Shown here: positions 7,634-16,138 of the stretch, piece by piece
How positions within the stretch are numbered: the first letter of the stretch is position 1
Layout: every line of letters starts with the position of its first letter
Virus record (IMG/VR): IMGVR_UViG_3300032225_000982
Location: 1-59,789 of that record
Direction: 5' to 3' (one strand)
Length of the DNA stretch: 59,789 nt
From: a virus
Lineage: Duplodnaviria; Caudoviricetes
Made by a program: the position numbers and the translations under genes
Notes under the pieces: generated by a model
Databases searched by the model: none
The model's input: the letters and a program-made list of their open reading frames with translations, nothing else
What the model was told of the DNA's origin: nothing

Positions 7634-9210
7634 CCATCAGCCTCCGCCCCTACCAGCGCGCCAGCATTGACGCGCTTTACAATTATTTTGGTGCCAGCAG
7701 CGGCAATCCGCTGGTCGTGTTGCCCACCGGGACGGGCAAGAGCATTTGTCTTGCCGCGTTCATCCGCGAAGCCATCGAAGCCTATCCTGAAACGCGCATC
7801 CTGATGTTGACCCACGTTAAGGAGCTAATCCAACAGAACTTCTCCGCGCTGCTACGGCTATGGCCGGAAGCGCCTGCGGGCATTTACTCAGCCGGGCTTT
7901 CGCGCCGGGACATCAACGCGCAAATCCTGTTCGCTGGTATCCAGTCAATCCACAAGCACGCCTTCCGCGTGCAACGGTGCGATTTGGTGATCATCGACGA
8001 GGCACACCTGCTGGGGCGCAACGACGGCAGTATGTATCGGGCTTTCCTGACGCAGCTTAACGAAATCAACGCGGGGCTGCTGAAGGTGATCGGCTTTACC
8101 GCCACGCCATATCGGTTGGATTCTGGGCTGTTGCACGAAGGCAAGGACCGGGTTTTCACCGACATCGCCTACGAAGCGTCGGTGTTGGAAATGATCCAGC
8201 AAGGCTATCTCTGCCCGGTGGTGCCAAAGCAGACCGCCACCCAGCTTGACGTGAGCGGTGTCGGGAAACGCGGTGGAGAATTCATCGCCAAGGACCTCGA
8301 AGCCGCCGTTGACCGGGACGAAATTACCGTCGCCGCCGTTGAAGAGATTGTGGAATACGGCGAGGATCGCGGTTCGTGGCTGGTGTTTTGCTCCGGGGTG
8401 GATCACGCACTGCACGTCCGCGACGCCATACGCGCGCATGGCATTTCCGCCGAGACGGTGACAGGCGACACGCCCAGCGGTGAGCGCGCCAGCATCCTGG
8501 CGAATTTCAAAGCCGGGCGGTTGCGGTGCATCACCAACGCCAACGTCCTGACCACCGGCTTCGATGCGCCCGGCACCGATCTGGTGGCGCTGCTCCGTCC
8601 CACCGCCAGCGTGGGTTTATACATTCAGATGGTTGGGCGCGGCACCCGGCTGGCGGAAGGCAAGGACGATTGCATTGTTCTGGACTTTGCCGGGAACACC
8701 GCGCGCCATGGCCCAATTGACAAGGTGAATGGGCGGAAAGAAAAAAGCCCCGAAGGGGGTGGCGAGGCGCCAATCAGGACATGCCCGGAATGCCAAACCA
8801 TCAATCACGCCGCCGTCAAGTTTTGCGTTTCTTGCGGCTTTGAATTCCCGCCGCCCGCGCCCAAGATTGCCGCCAATGCAGCAACGGACGCACTGCTATC
8901 CACGCAAATTCAGGCAGAATGGATTCCGGTTAAGGACGTAACCTATGCGCTGCACGTCAAGCCGGGCAAGCCTTCGTCAATGCGGGTGACCTATGTTTGC
9001 GGGCTGACCATCCACAGCGAGTGGATTTGCTTTGACCATATCGGCTACCCGCGCCAGAAGGCAGAGGGATGGTGGAAGCGCCGCAGCGATGCGCCGATCC
9101 CGGCGAACAGCGAAGCGGCTATCAACGCTGCTAGCACGCTGCGCAAGCCAATCGAAATTCAGGTGCGCCCGGTAGGGAAATACGTCGAAATTACAGGCTT
9201 CAAATTTTGA
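7630..9210 (+). CDS. SF2 DEAH helicase (RadD/YejH-like) with Zn ribbon
   Basis: LRPYQ, PTGTGKS, IDEAH, TAT, TTGFDAP, QMVGRGTR and CPEC..C..C. Confidence 0.93.
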   Translation: MTISLRPYQRASIDALYNYFGASSGNPLVVLPTGTGKSICLAAFIREAIEAYPETRILMLTHVKELIQQNFSALLRLWPEAPAGIYSAGLSRRDINAQILFAGIQSIHKHAFRVQRCDLVIIDEAHLLGRNDGSMYRAFLTQLNEINAGLLKVIGFTATPYRLDSGLLHEGKDRVFTDIAYEASVLEMIQQGYLCPVVPKQTATQLDVSGVGKRGGEFIAKDLEAAVDRDEITVAAVEEIVEYGEDRGSWLVFCSGVDHALHVRDAIRAHGISAETVTGDTPSGERASILANFKAGRLRCITNANVLTTGFDAPGTDLVALLRPTASVGLYIQMVGRGTRLAEGKDDCIVLDFAGNTARHGPIDKVNGRKEKSPEGGGEAPIRTCPECQTINHAAVKFCVSCGFEFPPPAPKIAANAATDALLSTQIQAEWIPVKDVTYALHVKPGKPSSMRVTYVCGLTIHSEWICFDHIGYPRQKAEGWWKRRSDAPIPANSEAAINAASTLRKPIEIQVRPVGKYVEITGFKF

Positions 9211-9247
9211 CGGCCATGCCGCATGCTGACTGACCAACAAGGAGAAC

Positions 9248-9472
9248 ATGGGAATGATCGACGCGAACGAGCATGAGATTGCCGCGATGATGCAGGCATC
9301 AGACCGGGCCGGGGAATTCATCGAAAGCCTGGGCAAGACGGATATGGCGGCGTGGAGCCGCGAGCAATGGAATCGATTCATTGAGGTGATCTGCACCGGC
9401 TATGTGGAAAAATTAGTTGATTTGCGGGCGGGCATTGATGCCGCCATGGACAAAATCAGGACCGTCGGATGA
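9248..9472 (+). CDS. Small replication-module protein (DUF6511-like)
   Basis: AAGGAG RBS; GEFIESLGKTDMA.WS.EQW..FIE pattern; lies between helicase and primase. Confidence 0.7.
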   Translation: MGMIDANEHEIAAMMQASDRAGEFIESLGKTDMAAWSREQWNRFIEVICTGYVEKLVDLRAGIDAAMDKIRTVG

Positions 9473-11685
9473 GTCAGGGCATGTCAAAATTCAGCGATTA
9501 TCTCGCATCACGCAAAGCCACGCCGACGCTGGTCGATGCCGCCATCGCCATGGGCGTTCCGGTGTTTCCATGCGACGCGCAAAAGCGCCCGCTGACCGCA
9601 CACGGGTTTAAGGACGCGACCTCCAACCCGGAGGAAATCCGCCGCCTTTTTGCCAACCCCAAGGCGGCCATGATCGGCATGCCGACGGGCGAAATCACTT
9701 GGCTTGTGGTGGTTGACGTGGACGTGAAGGACGGACGCGCCGGGATGGAGTGGCTGAACGAAAACAGCCACCGCCTACCCCAAACTCGCACGATCCGCAC
9801 AGGCACCGGCGGGCTGCATATCTACCTCCGATGGCCGGGGCAGATGATTCGGAATTCCGCTGGCAAGATCGCGCCCGGTATCGATATTCGTGGTGACGGT
9901 GGGTATGTGATCGTTCCGCCATCCCCAGGCTATGCGGTGGCGGACAATTCCGACGTGGCCGAGGTGCCTGAGTGGCTGATGCCCATCCTCGTCCCACCGG
10001 CCCCGCCAGAACGCCCCACAGCGCCCGCTCAGGTGTCTGCGCCGTCCCGGCCCCACAACCCTGATGGTGGCACGCATTACGGCGTGGCGGCGCTGCACAG
10101 CGAATGCGATGCCATCCGTCGGGCGTGGGATGGGAGCAAACATCACACTTTAAACAAGGCGGCGTTTTCGATTGGTGGGCTGGTGGCGGCGGGCGAACTT
10201 CAGGAGGGTTTTGCGTTTACGGAGCTTTCCGCCGCCCTGGCGGACATCCGCCACGCCTGCAAGGATTTCCGCCATGCGCAAAACACCCTGCGCACCGCGT
10301 TTCAGGACGGGATGCGCCAGCCGCGCGACGTGCCTGAGCGCATGCCCGCCATTCCCGACGATAAGCCCCACCCCGCCGCCGCCTTGCTGGCTAAGGTATT
10401 CGCCCGCAGCGCTGAAAAGCAAAAAGCGCCGCTGCCGGTGGGCGCGGATTTGATGGACGTGCCGGGGGCGCTGAAAATGTTCGTCGAGCATTGCGAGGCG
10501 ACGGCGATCAGCCCACAGCCGTTCCTCGCTCTCGCCGCCGGGATCACGCTAATCGGCACGCTGGCCGGGCGACGCTACTGCACCACCACCGATCTGCGCA
10601 CCAACATCTACGCCATCGGCATTGCAGATTCCGGCGCCGGGAAAGACCACGCCCGCCGCGTGATCAAAAAATGCCTGAACGCCGCCGACCTGTCGCAATA
10701 TTTGGGAGGCTCCGACATCGCATCCGGCTCCGGCCTCCGCACCGCTCTGGCGCGGCATCCCGCCATGCTGTTTCAGATTGACGAATTCGGTGACTGGCTG
10801 ACGGGCATCGTCAGCGACAAAGCTGGAAGCCATCGGAAGCAAATCGCCGCCATGCTCAAGGAGCTTTACAGCAGCGCCAGCGGGCCATGGCAGGGCACGG
10901 AATACGCCGACCAAAGCAAGATGGGACGCCCGCGCGAGGACATCCACGACCCGCACGCATGCTTTTACGGGACCACCACGCCCGGGCAGTTTTGGGGCGC
11001 CATAGCAGGCGCCAGCCTGCACGACGGGCTAATGGCGCGGATGCTGCTTTTCGTCAGCCCATGCAGCTATCCCGACGAACAAGAACCCGCCATGGTCGAT
11101 CCACCTGTCGCCTTGATTGAGGCGCTGCAGGCGATTGCGCGGGGCGCTGGGGGCGGGAATCTGGCCGACCTGATGATGTCCACAATGCCTGCCACGGTCA
11201 CGACAGTGGCCGAGACGCCGGAAGCCAGCGACGCCCGCCGGGCGATGCGCCAGGACCAGCTACAGCAGCAGCGCGAGGCAGAGGGAACGTATGTGACGGC
11301 CATCGCGGGGCGGTTGGCAGAAAACGCCATGAAGCTGGCCCTGATACGGGCGGTGGCGCGCGATCCGGGCAAGCCGGTCATCGACGTGACCGACATCGCC
11401 TGGGGCCGAGCGCTGGCACAGCATTGCGTTGATACCCTGCTGCGTGATGCCGGGAGGCATGTGGGCGATACGGATTTTGAACGGAAAATGAACCTCGCCG
11501 CCGACATCATCCGCAAACACGGGCCAATCGGCGCAAGCGAGATGATCGGTAAAGGATTTCGGTTCTCCGCCAAGGAACGCAGCGAAATCATCGAGACCCT
11601 GCTGACCGGCGGGATCATCGCTGCCGCACCCACAACCCACAAAGGTGCCGGGCGTCCCAGCGTCAAATATGTGATTGCTGGGTGA
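9469..11685 (+). CDS. Bifunctional primase-polymerase fused to a P-loop (DUF3987-like) helicase domain
   Basis: VFPC..K.P..HGFKDAT, VVDVD, GG.HIY and DIRGDGGYVIVPPS; C-terminal SGAGKD and DEFG. Confidence 0.9.
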   Translation: MSQGMSKFSDYLASRKATPTLVDAAIAMGVPVFPCDAQKRPLTAHGFKDATSNPEEIRRLFANPKAAMIGMPTGEITWLVVVDVDVKDGRAGMEWLNENSHRLPQTRTIRTGTGGLHIYLRWPGQMIRNSAGKIAPGIDIRGDGGYVIVPPSPGYAVADNSDVAEVPEWLMPILVPPAPPERPTAPAQVSAPSRPHNPDGGTHYGVAALHSECDAIRRAWDGSKHHTLNKAAFSIGGLVAAGELQEGFAFTELSAALADIRHACKDFRHAQNTLRTAFQDGMRQPRDVPERMPAIPDDKPHPAAALLAKVFARSAEKQKAPLPVGADLMDVPGALKMFVEHCEATAISPQPFLALAAGITLIGTLAGRRYCTTTDLRTNIYAIGIADSGAGKDHARRVIKKCLNAADLSQYLGGSDIASGSGLRTALARHPAMLFQIDEFGDWLTGIVSDKAGSHRKQIAAMLKELYSSASGPWQGTEYADQSKMGRPREDIHDPHACFYGTTTPGQFWGAIAGASLHDGLMARMLLFVSPCSYPDEQEPAMVDPPVALIEALQAIARGAGGGNLADLMMSTMPATVTTVAETPEASDARRAMRQDQLQQQREAEGTYVTAIAGRLAENAMKLALIRAVARDPGKPVIDVTDIAWGRALAQHCVDTLLRDAGRHVGDTDFERKMNLAADIIRKHGPIGASEMIGKGFRFSAKERSEIIETLLTGGIIAAAPTTHKGAGRPSVKYVIAG

Positions 11686-11950
11686 TACCCCCCCCTGACA
11701 ATAATTAATTAATGGGTGGAGGGGATACCCCCCCCTCCCTGACAACAATTAATTAATTCGAAAAATCCGAATTAATTTAATTCTTGAATTATTGTCAGGG
11801 AGGGAGTGTCGCGTGTCGCGGGAACCCCTCACGCGGGCGGGTCATACCCCCCCCCCCCCTTATTATAATAATAATTAATTATAGTAATTAAAAATATCAA
11901 AACCCATCAAGGACTTAGCGCCCGTTTTTTGACAGGCAATTATTGACGGT
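11684..11950. repeat. Probable replication origin: iterated C-tract/TGACA/AT-rich repeats
   Basis: ATAC(C)n...AATTAATT at 11685, 11725 and 11844; inverted copy at 11787-11804; very AT-rich and directly after the primase gene. Confidence 0.7.
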
Positions 11951-12137
11951 CAAAAACAGGAATTCAAATTTGGGTTAGGTGGAGTTGAAGGTTGCTGGGG
12001 ATAGACCCTAGACCCTGGGATGCCTTTAGCGTCAATTCTGGTGGCCGCTGAGGCGGGTGTGGTGGGCGAGAGGCGGCGTCATGCGGAGAACGCATTAAAG
12101 CCGCTGGCGGGCCTCTGGTGGTGTTCCTGGCAAAAGT

Positions 12138-12246
12138 AAAAATAATTTGTTCGATGGGCGCTTTTTGGGTTGCATTGGTTTTTGACGGGGCTTAAAAGGG
12201 GTTCAGGCGGACGGATTGGCCGACGCCGCAGGACGGGACTAGCACC
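12138..12246 (+). promoter_or_regulatory. Early promoter P1 with UP element and leader hairpin
   Basis: AAAAATAATTTGT, then TTGCAT(12170)-N17-TAAAAG(12193); near-duplicate at 12989-13099. Confidence 0.7.
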
Positions 12247-12513
12247 ATGACCAGCACCAACCTCATTTGCGTTACCGGCTACCTTGAAGGTGGCGAGTGC
12301 GCGCATTGCGGCCGCGAGCTTCGCCACTGCATTGTGACCGACGCTGGCATGTTTGGTGCCCGGTGCTTCGCGGCCAAGGTGACCAAGCCGAAGGTTTATT
12401 GCGGCAAGAAATTTCGCCTCAGCACCGACGCGGTAATCAGCCTCGCTCGTATGGCCCGCGATCCGGTCAGACATAACCTCAGCTCGGCCTCCCTCACTTT
12501 TGAGGCGGCCTAA
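12247..12513 (+). CDS. Hypothetical Cys-rich (possible Zn-finger) early protein
   Basis: CAHCGR.L..C and FG..C; follows a promoter. Confidence 0.7.
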   Translation: MTSTNLICVTGYLEGGECAHCGRELRHCIVTDAGMFGARCFAAKVTKPKVYCGKKFRLSTDAVISLARMARDPVRHNLSSASLTFEAA

Positions 12514-12542
12514 TCCTCAAACCAAGGAAAGGAACTAGCACC

Positions 12543-12740
12543 ATGACCAAGGAAGATTTCCACCGCCAGCACGACGAGGCGTATGCGCAGCGCGAAGCCA
12601 TCTGGGCGCAATACGCCACGGCGGCGTGGGACCGGATTGCGGCCCTGGGCGATAGCGCCCGAGCGCTGACCGCCAAGATGGCGGAGCTGGAGCGCGATTA
12701 TCACGCGGCGCTGGCCGCGCGGGCGGGGATTAAGGCGTAA
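12543..12740 (+). CDS. Hypothetical early protein
   Basis: GAAAGGA RBS; helical, 65 aa. Confidence 0.7.
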   Translation: MTKEDFHRQHDEAYAQREAIWAQYATAAWDRIAALGDSARALTAKMAELERDYHAALAARAGIKA

Positions 12741-12996
12741 TGATTCTCCCCACGATCCACATGAACGGCACTAGCGCCGCCGCACTGCTCGAAGGCTATT
12801 GCGATGCCATCTCGGCAATCCACGACGCTCTCGACGCCCTGGCCCGCGCCGCGCCCAATGGCCGGGACTATTACCCGCAAGGGCCGGACGCATGCGCCCA
12901 GGCCGACGACGAACATGACGCCCGCAAGATGCTTTGATTAAGGTGATGAACGAATTGCAGGTTCTTGCCGAACATGTCGCAGACCGGCAAAAATAA
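12740..12996 (+). pseudogene. Hypothetical early protein with an apparent 1-nt frameshift at about 12931
   Basis: The ORF stops at 12937, but the -1 frame continues ALIKVMNELQVLAEHVADRQK to TAA at 12996. Confidence 0.5.
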
Positions 12997-13099
12997 TTTG
13001 TCGAATGCGCTCTTTTTGGGTTGCATCAACCGTTAATGGGCATTAAAAAGGGTGCAGGCGGCGGGATCAACCGACCGCCGCAAGAAAGGAACTAAGACG
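12989..13099 (+). promoter_or_regulatory. Early promoter P2 (paralog of P1)
   Basis: AAAAATAATTTGT, TTGCAT(13021)-N17-TAAAAA(13044), hairpin GGCGG..CCGCC, then AAAGGA. Confidence 0.7.
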
Positions 13100-13300
13100 A
13101 TGACCGCCAACCGCCCCAACACTCCCGGTTTCGATTTCCATCTCGACATCAAGTTTACCGTGACAAAAAATGGCAAGCGCCGCGCAACTTATTTTTCGCG
13201 TCGCGCCATGCGCTGGCTGCCCGTGCCCGTGGTCAATGCCGACCTGTTTGTGGCGCAGGGTCTTGCAACTGAATATCGCCGCATCGAGGAGGCAGCATAA
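13100..13300 (+). CDS. Hypothetical early protein
   Basis: AAAGGA RBS before ATG 13100. Confidence 0.7.
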   Translation: MTANRPNTPGFDFHLDIKFTVTKNGKRRATYFSRRAMRWLPVPVVNADLFVAQGLATEYRRIEEAA

Positions 13301-13503
13301 TGACCTACACAGTCGTTTATTACATCGGCGGAACCCAGGCGGGCGAATGGCGGAAGTGCCTACCCGTCGCCACGCTCGAAGCCGCCAACACCATGGCGGA
13401 AGCCACTGAGCGCATGGGCTACGTCGCCTACGCCCGCCCCACCCGCGAGTGGGACGTGCTGGGGCTGCCCGAGGGTCCGCCCCGCCGCAAACCCCGCCAC
13501 TAA
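13300..13503 (+). CDS. Hypothetical early protein
   Basis: TAATG overlap, GGAGG RBS. Confidence 0.7.
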   Translation: MTYTVVYYIGGTQAGEWRKCLPVATLEAANTMAEATERMGYVAYARPTREWDVLGLPEGPPRRKPRH

Positions 13504-13508
13504 CCCGA

Positions 13509-13558
13509 CCGGTCACCGGATGCGCCCCCCCCCACACGGAGGCGCATCAAGTGACCGG
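13509..13558 (+). other. Long intergenic RNA hairpin
   Basis: CCGGTCAC/GTGACCGG and GATGCGCC/GGCGCATC stems separated by a 2x2 internal loop. Confidence 0.6.
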
Positions 13559-13593
13559 GTGGAATCAACCGCCCGTCAACATGGAGAAAGAAA

Positions 13594-13911
13594 ATGAACA
13601 AAGCACGCCGCAAAATTCTGAGCACCGTCGCAAAGCGACTGTCGGAAATCATGGAGGAAATTGAGGAGGTGAAGGCGCTCGGGGACGAGCTTTCCAATCT
13701 CCGCGATGAAATCAGCAATGTTCGCGATGAGGAGCAGGATGCTTTCGACGCGCTCTCCGAAGGCGCTCAGGCCGGTGACCGTGGCCAAGCAATGGAATCC
13801 GCCATCAACAGCATGGAGGAGGCATTCAGCGCCATCGACGACATCATCGGCGCGCTGGACGACCTCGACATGCAAGGCATCATTGACGCCCTGGAAGGAG
13901 CAGCAGAATGA
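13594..13911 (+). CDS. Acidic coiled-coil phage protein
   Basis: MNKARRK..DEEQDAFD.L.E..Q...RG..ME pattern; GGAG RBS. Confidence 0.8.
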   Translation: MNKARRKILSTVAKRLSEIMEEIEEVKALGDELSNLRDEISNVRDEEQDAFDALSEGAQAGDRGQAMESAINSMEEAFSAIDDIIGALDDLDMQGIIDALEGAAE

Positions 13912-14264
13912 CCATCCAAAACGGACGCACCCGCCGCACGCGGCAAAAGCCGAACGCGCGCTGGGATGCTTACGACAATCTCCCGCCGCTTACACGCCGC
14001 GCGCTGCAAGAAGGGCCGCAGCAATGGTGCGACATCGCGGTCAAAAAATACCTGCGAGAAATGCAGGCCCTGCATCGCAAACTTGGCCCGAAGCAGATCG
14101 ACGCATTCATGGCCGCGCGCATCAACCGATGGCACATGGAGGACATCGCGGAGGCGCATGCGTGGCAACCCGCCCGCAAGCCGTTTGAGCGCAAGCCGCG
14201 TCACCCGATTCCGTCGCCGCACATCGCGGCAGATGCGACCATGCAGATGAGCGGACGCACATGA
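13908..14264 (+). CDS. Hypothetical protein
   Basis: ATGA overlap; AYDNLPP..RRAL motif. Confidence 0.7.
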   Translation: MTIQNGRTRRTRQKPNARWDAYDNLPPLTRRALQEGPQQWCDIAVKKYLREMQALHRKLGPKQIDAFMAARINRWHMEDIAEAHAWQPARKPFERKPRHPIPSPHIAADATMQMSGRT

Positions 14265-14473
14265 GCGGTCAGGAATTCCGCGACGCCATCGCCGCCACGG
14301 GGGTCTCCGTGGCGTGGCTGGCAAAGGCAACCGGGCGCAGCAAGAGTGCGTTCCGTCGGTGGATGGATGGTAGCGCCCGGCCACCGCCCACCCTGATGAA
14401 CTGGCTCATCACCCGCGCCGCCAACCCGCCGCCTACTTTTGAACCCGACCCTCGCAAGAAGAATTTGCCATGA
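14261..14473 (+). CDS. Small HTH protein
   Basis: EFRDAIAATG.S.AWLA..TGRS..AFRRW..G. Confidence 0.75.
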   Translation: MSGQEFRDAIAATGVSVAWLAKATGRSKSAFRRWMDGSARPPPTLMNWLITRAANPPPTFEPDPRKKNLP

Positions 14474-15135
14474 CCACGCCAATTAAGTATCCCGAAATTT
14501 ATGACGAAATTCGGCGCTGCCCGAACGAGCCGCCCGCATCCATCGCCAAGCGCCTAGGATTTGAGGCGCGAACCGTCGGGCACGTCCGCGCCCGAATGGT
14601 GAAGACGGGCGTGGTGGAAAATATTTTCCACAAAAACGTCATTGCGCATCCGGAAATTTATAACGCGATCCGCGAAAATCCCAACGAAATGCCTGCATCC
14701 ATCGCCAAGCGCCTGGGCGTTGCTCCACGTCTCGTCTCTCATGTGCGGGGGCGGATGATCGCCAATGGCGTGGTGCAAAACATCTCAATCCGAAACCTCA
14801 CGCCCATCACCGACGATGAGCGAACGGTCATCCTGGCGCTGCGCGAGCGGGGATTCTCTTATCCCGCCATCGGGCAGAAAATGGGGCGGAGCAAAGGTGC
14901 GATTGAACGCTTGTGCAACAACGCCCGCGACGCCGGGGAGTTGAAGCCAATTGTCTATCAGCCCCGCGAGGCGGTGCAGCGCGCCATCGAGATGGTCGAA
15001 AAGCGCCCACTGCCCAGGCTTGGCCTGAACATGACGGAAGCGGAGGAGCGCGCCGTGGCGTCGCTCCAGAATTCCTTGCGGAACAAAACCAAGTTGGAAC
15101 TGCTCACCATGGTGCGGGGCCGGATGCGAAAATAA
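14470..15135 (+). CDS. Multi-HTH DNA-binding protein (tandem repeat plus a third HTH)
   Basis: Two copies of PEIY..IR..PNE.PASIAKRLG..., then GFSYPAIGQKMGRS. Confidence 0.75.
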   Translation: MTTPIKYPEIYDEIRRCPNEPPASIAKRLGFEARTVGHVRARMVKTGVVENIFHKNVIAHPEIYNAIRENPNEMPASIAKRLGVAPRLVSHVRGRMIANGVVQNISIRNLTPITDDERTVILALRERGFSYPAIGQKMGRSKGAIERLCNNARDAGELKPIVYQPREAVQRAIEMVEKRPLPRLGLNMTEAEERAVASLQNSLRNKTKLELLTMVRGRMRK

Positions 15136-15150
15136 ATTGAGAAAAGTGGC

Positions 15151-15234
15151 GAAAGGCTATTTTCTTTTTCGCGGGAACCCGTTAAAACATTTTTGACGGC
15201 GCGATGAGGCGCCGCAGAGAAACGGAGAGAGAAC
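15151..15234 (+). promoter_or_regulatory. Early promoter P3 with leader hairpin
   Basis: GAAAGGCTATTTT; TTTTCT(15160)-N17-TAAAAC(15183); hairpin CGGCGC-GATGAG-GCGCCG. Confidence 0.55.
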
Positions 15235-15618
15235 ATGAACACCAATTGGGAAACTCAATACGACGCGGTGGTGCTGCATGCCTGGGAGCAGTGGACGCAA
15301 AACGGTCTTGGCCTCGACACCGAGGATTGTGCGCAAACCATTAAAAGCGTGCAAAACGCCGCGACCAACGCATGGCAGGACGGCATGGCGGACGATCAAT
15401 GGGTTTACGCCACCATACGGCTGCTGAACGGCAAAACGATGCCCGCCTATTACATCACCCACACTGATGACGCGGACGAAGAGCATCAGCTTTACGGCGC
15501 ATGGGACGCGCCCAGCCCCGAGCATGCCATCGCGCAAATGCTGACGGAAAGCCAAGGCATGGACGATGGCCGCTGGACCGCTCGCGAGGTGACCCGCAAA
15601 AGCGACGTAATTTCGTAA
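15235..15618 (+). CDS. Hypothetical acidic early protein
   Basis: GGAGAG RBS after the promoter. Confidence 0.7.
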   Translation: MNTNWETQYDAVVLHAWEQWTQNGLGLDTEDCAQTIKSVQNAATNAWQDGMADDQWVYATIRLLNGKTMPAYYITHTDDADEEHQLYGAWDAPSPEHAIAQMLTESQGMDDGRWTAREVTRKSDVIS

Positions 15619-15630
15619 ACGGAAAAAACA

Positions 15631-15981
15631 ATGACCCAAATGACAAACCACACCAATCCAATGACCTACACGATTTATAACGACGATGGCCGCTTGCAGA
15701 TGGGCTTGAATCTTGCCGAAGCTGCGCATGAACTGCTGTCTGCCGACGGCTACCGCTACGAATGGCAGGTGGACGACGACGCATGGCTGACGCTCTACAC
15801 CAGCCACCACTCTGTCAATAGCAGCGGTGGGCCGGGCAAACTGTCGCCCACGCGCTACGCTGGATACGATCTGCGCGAGATTTTCACCGAAATCGTAAAG
15901 CGGCGGTGGCACGGTCTGGGAGCCATGCTCGACACAGATTACGACGCAATGATCGCGGAATTTGAAAAGACGGACGACTGA
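15631..15981 (+). CDS. Hypothetical acidic early protein
   Basis: Follows in the operon; the start could be one of several nearby ATGs. Confidence 0.7.
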   Translation: MTQMTNHTNPMTYTIYNDDGRLQMGLNLAEAAHELLSADGYRYEWQVDDDAWLTLYTSHHSVNSSGGPGKLSPTRYAGYDLREIFTEIVKRRWHGLGAMLDTDYDAMIAEFEKTDD

Positions 15982-16043
15982 TTCGCCCGTCAAAAATTAA
16001 CCGGAATCCGGTTAAGTATTTCCCACCTAAAAACCGCGTCCGT

Positions 16044-16138
16044 CAAAAAATATTAGACCAGGGGCTTGGCGAGGTAAAAAAAACCCTGTAAAAAAATCGG
16101 GCGGGGCGATGATGCCTCGCAGAGAAAGGAATTACAAA
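16044..16138 (+). promoter_or_regulatory. Promoter P4 with leader hairpin upstream of the UvrD gene
   Basis: A-tract; TTGGCG(16066)-N17-TAAAAA(16089); GCGGGGC-GATGAT-GCCTCGC, then AGAGAAAGGA. Confidence 0.55.

Noticed and set aside
11749-13046. CtrA boxes in the origin and promoter regions
   Set aside because: The TTAA pairs I checked are not spaced by 7 nt (for example N6 at 13033/13043).
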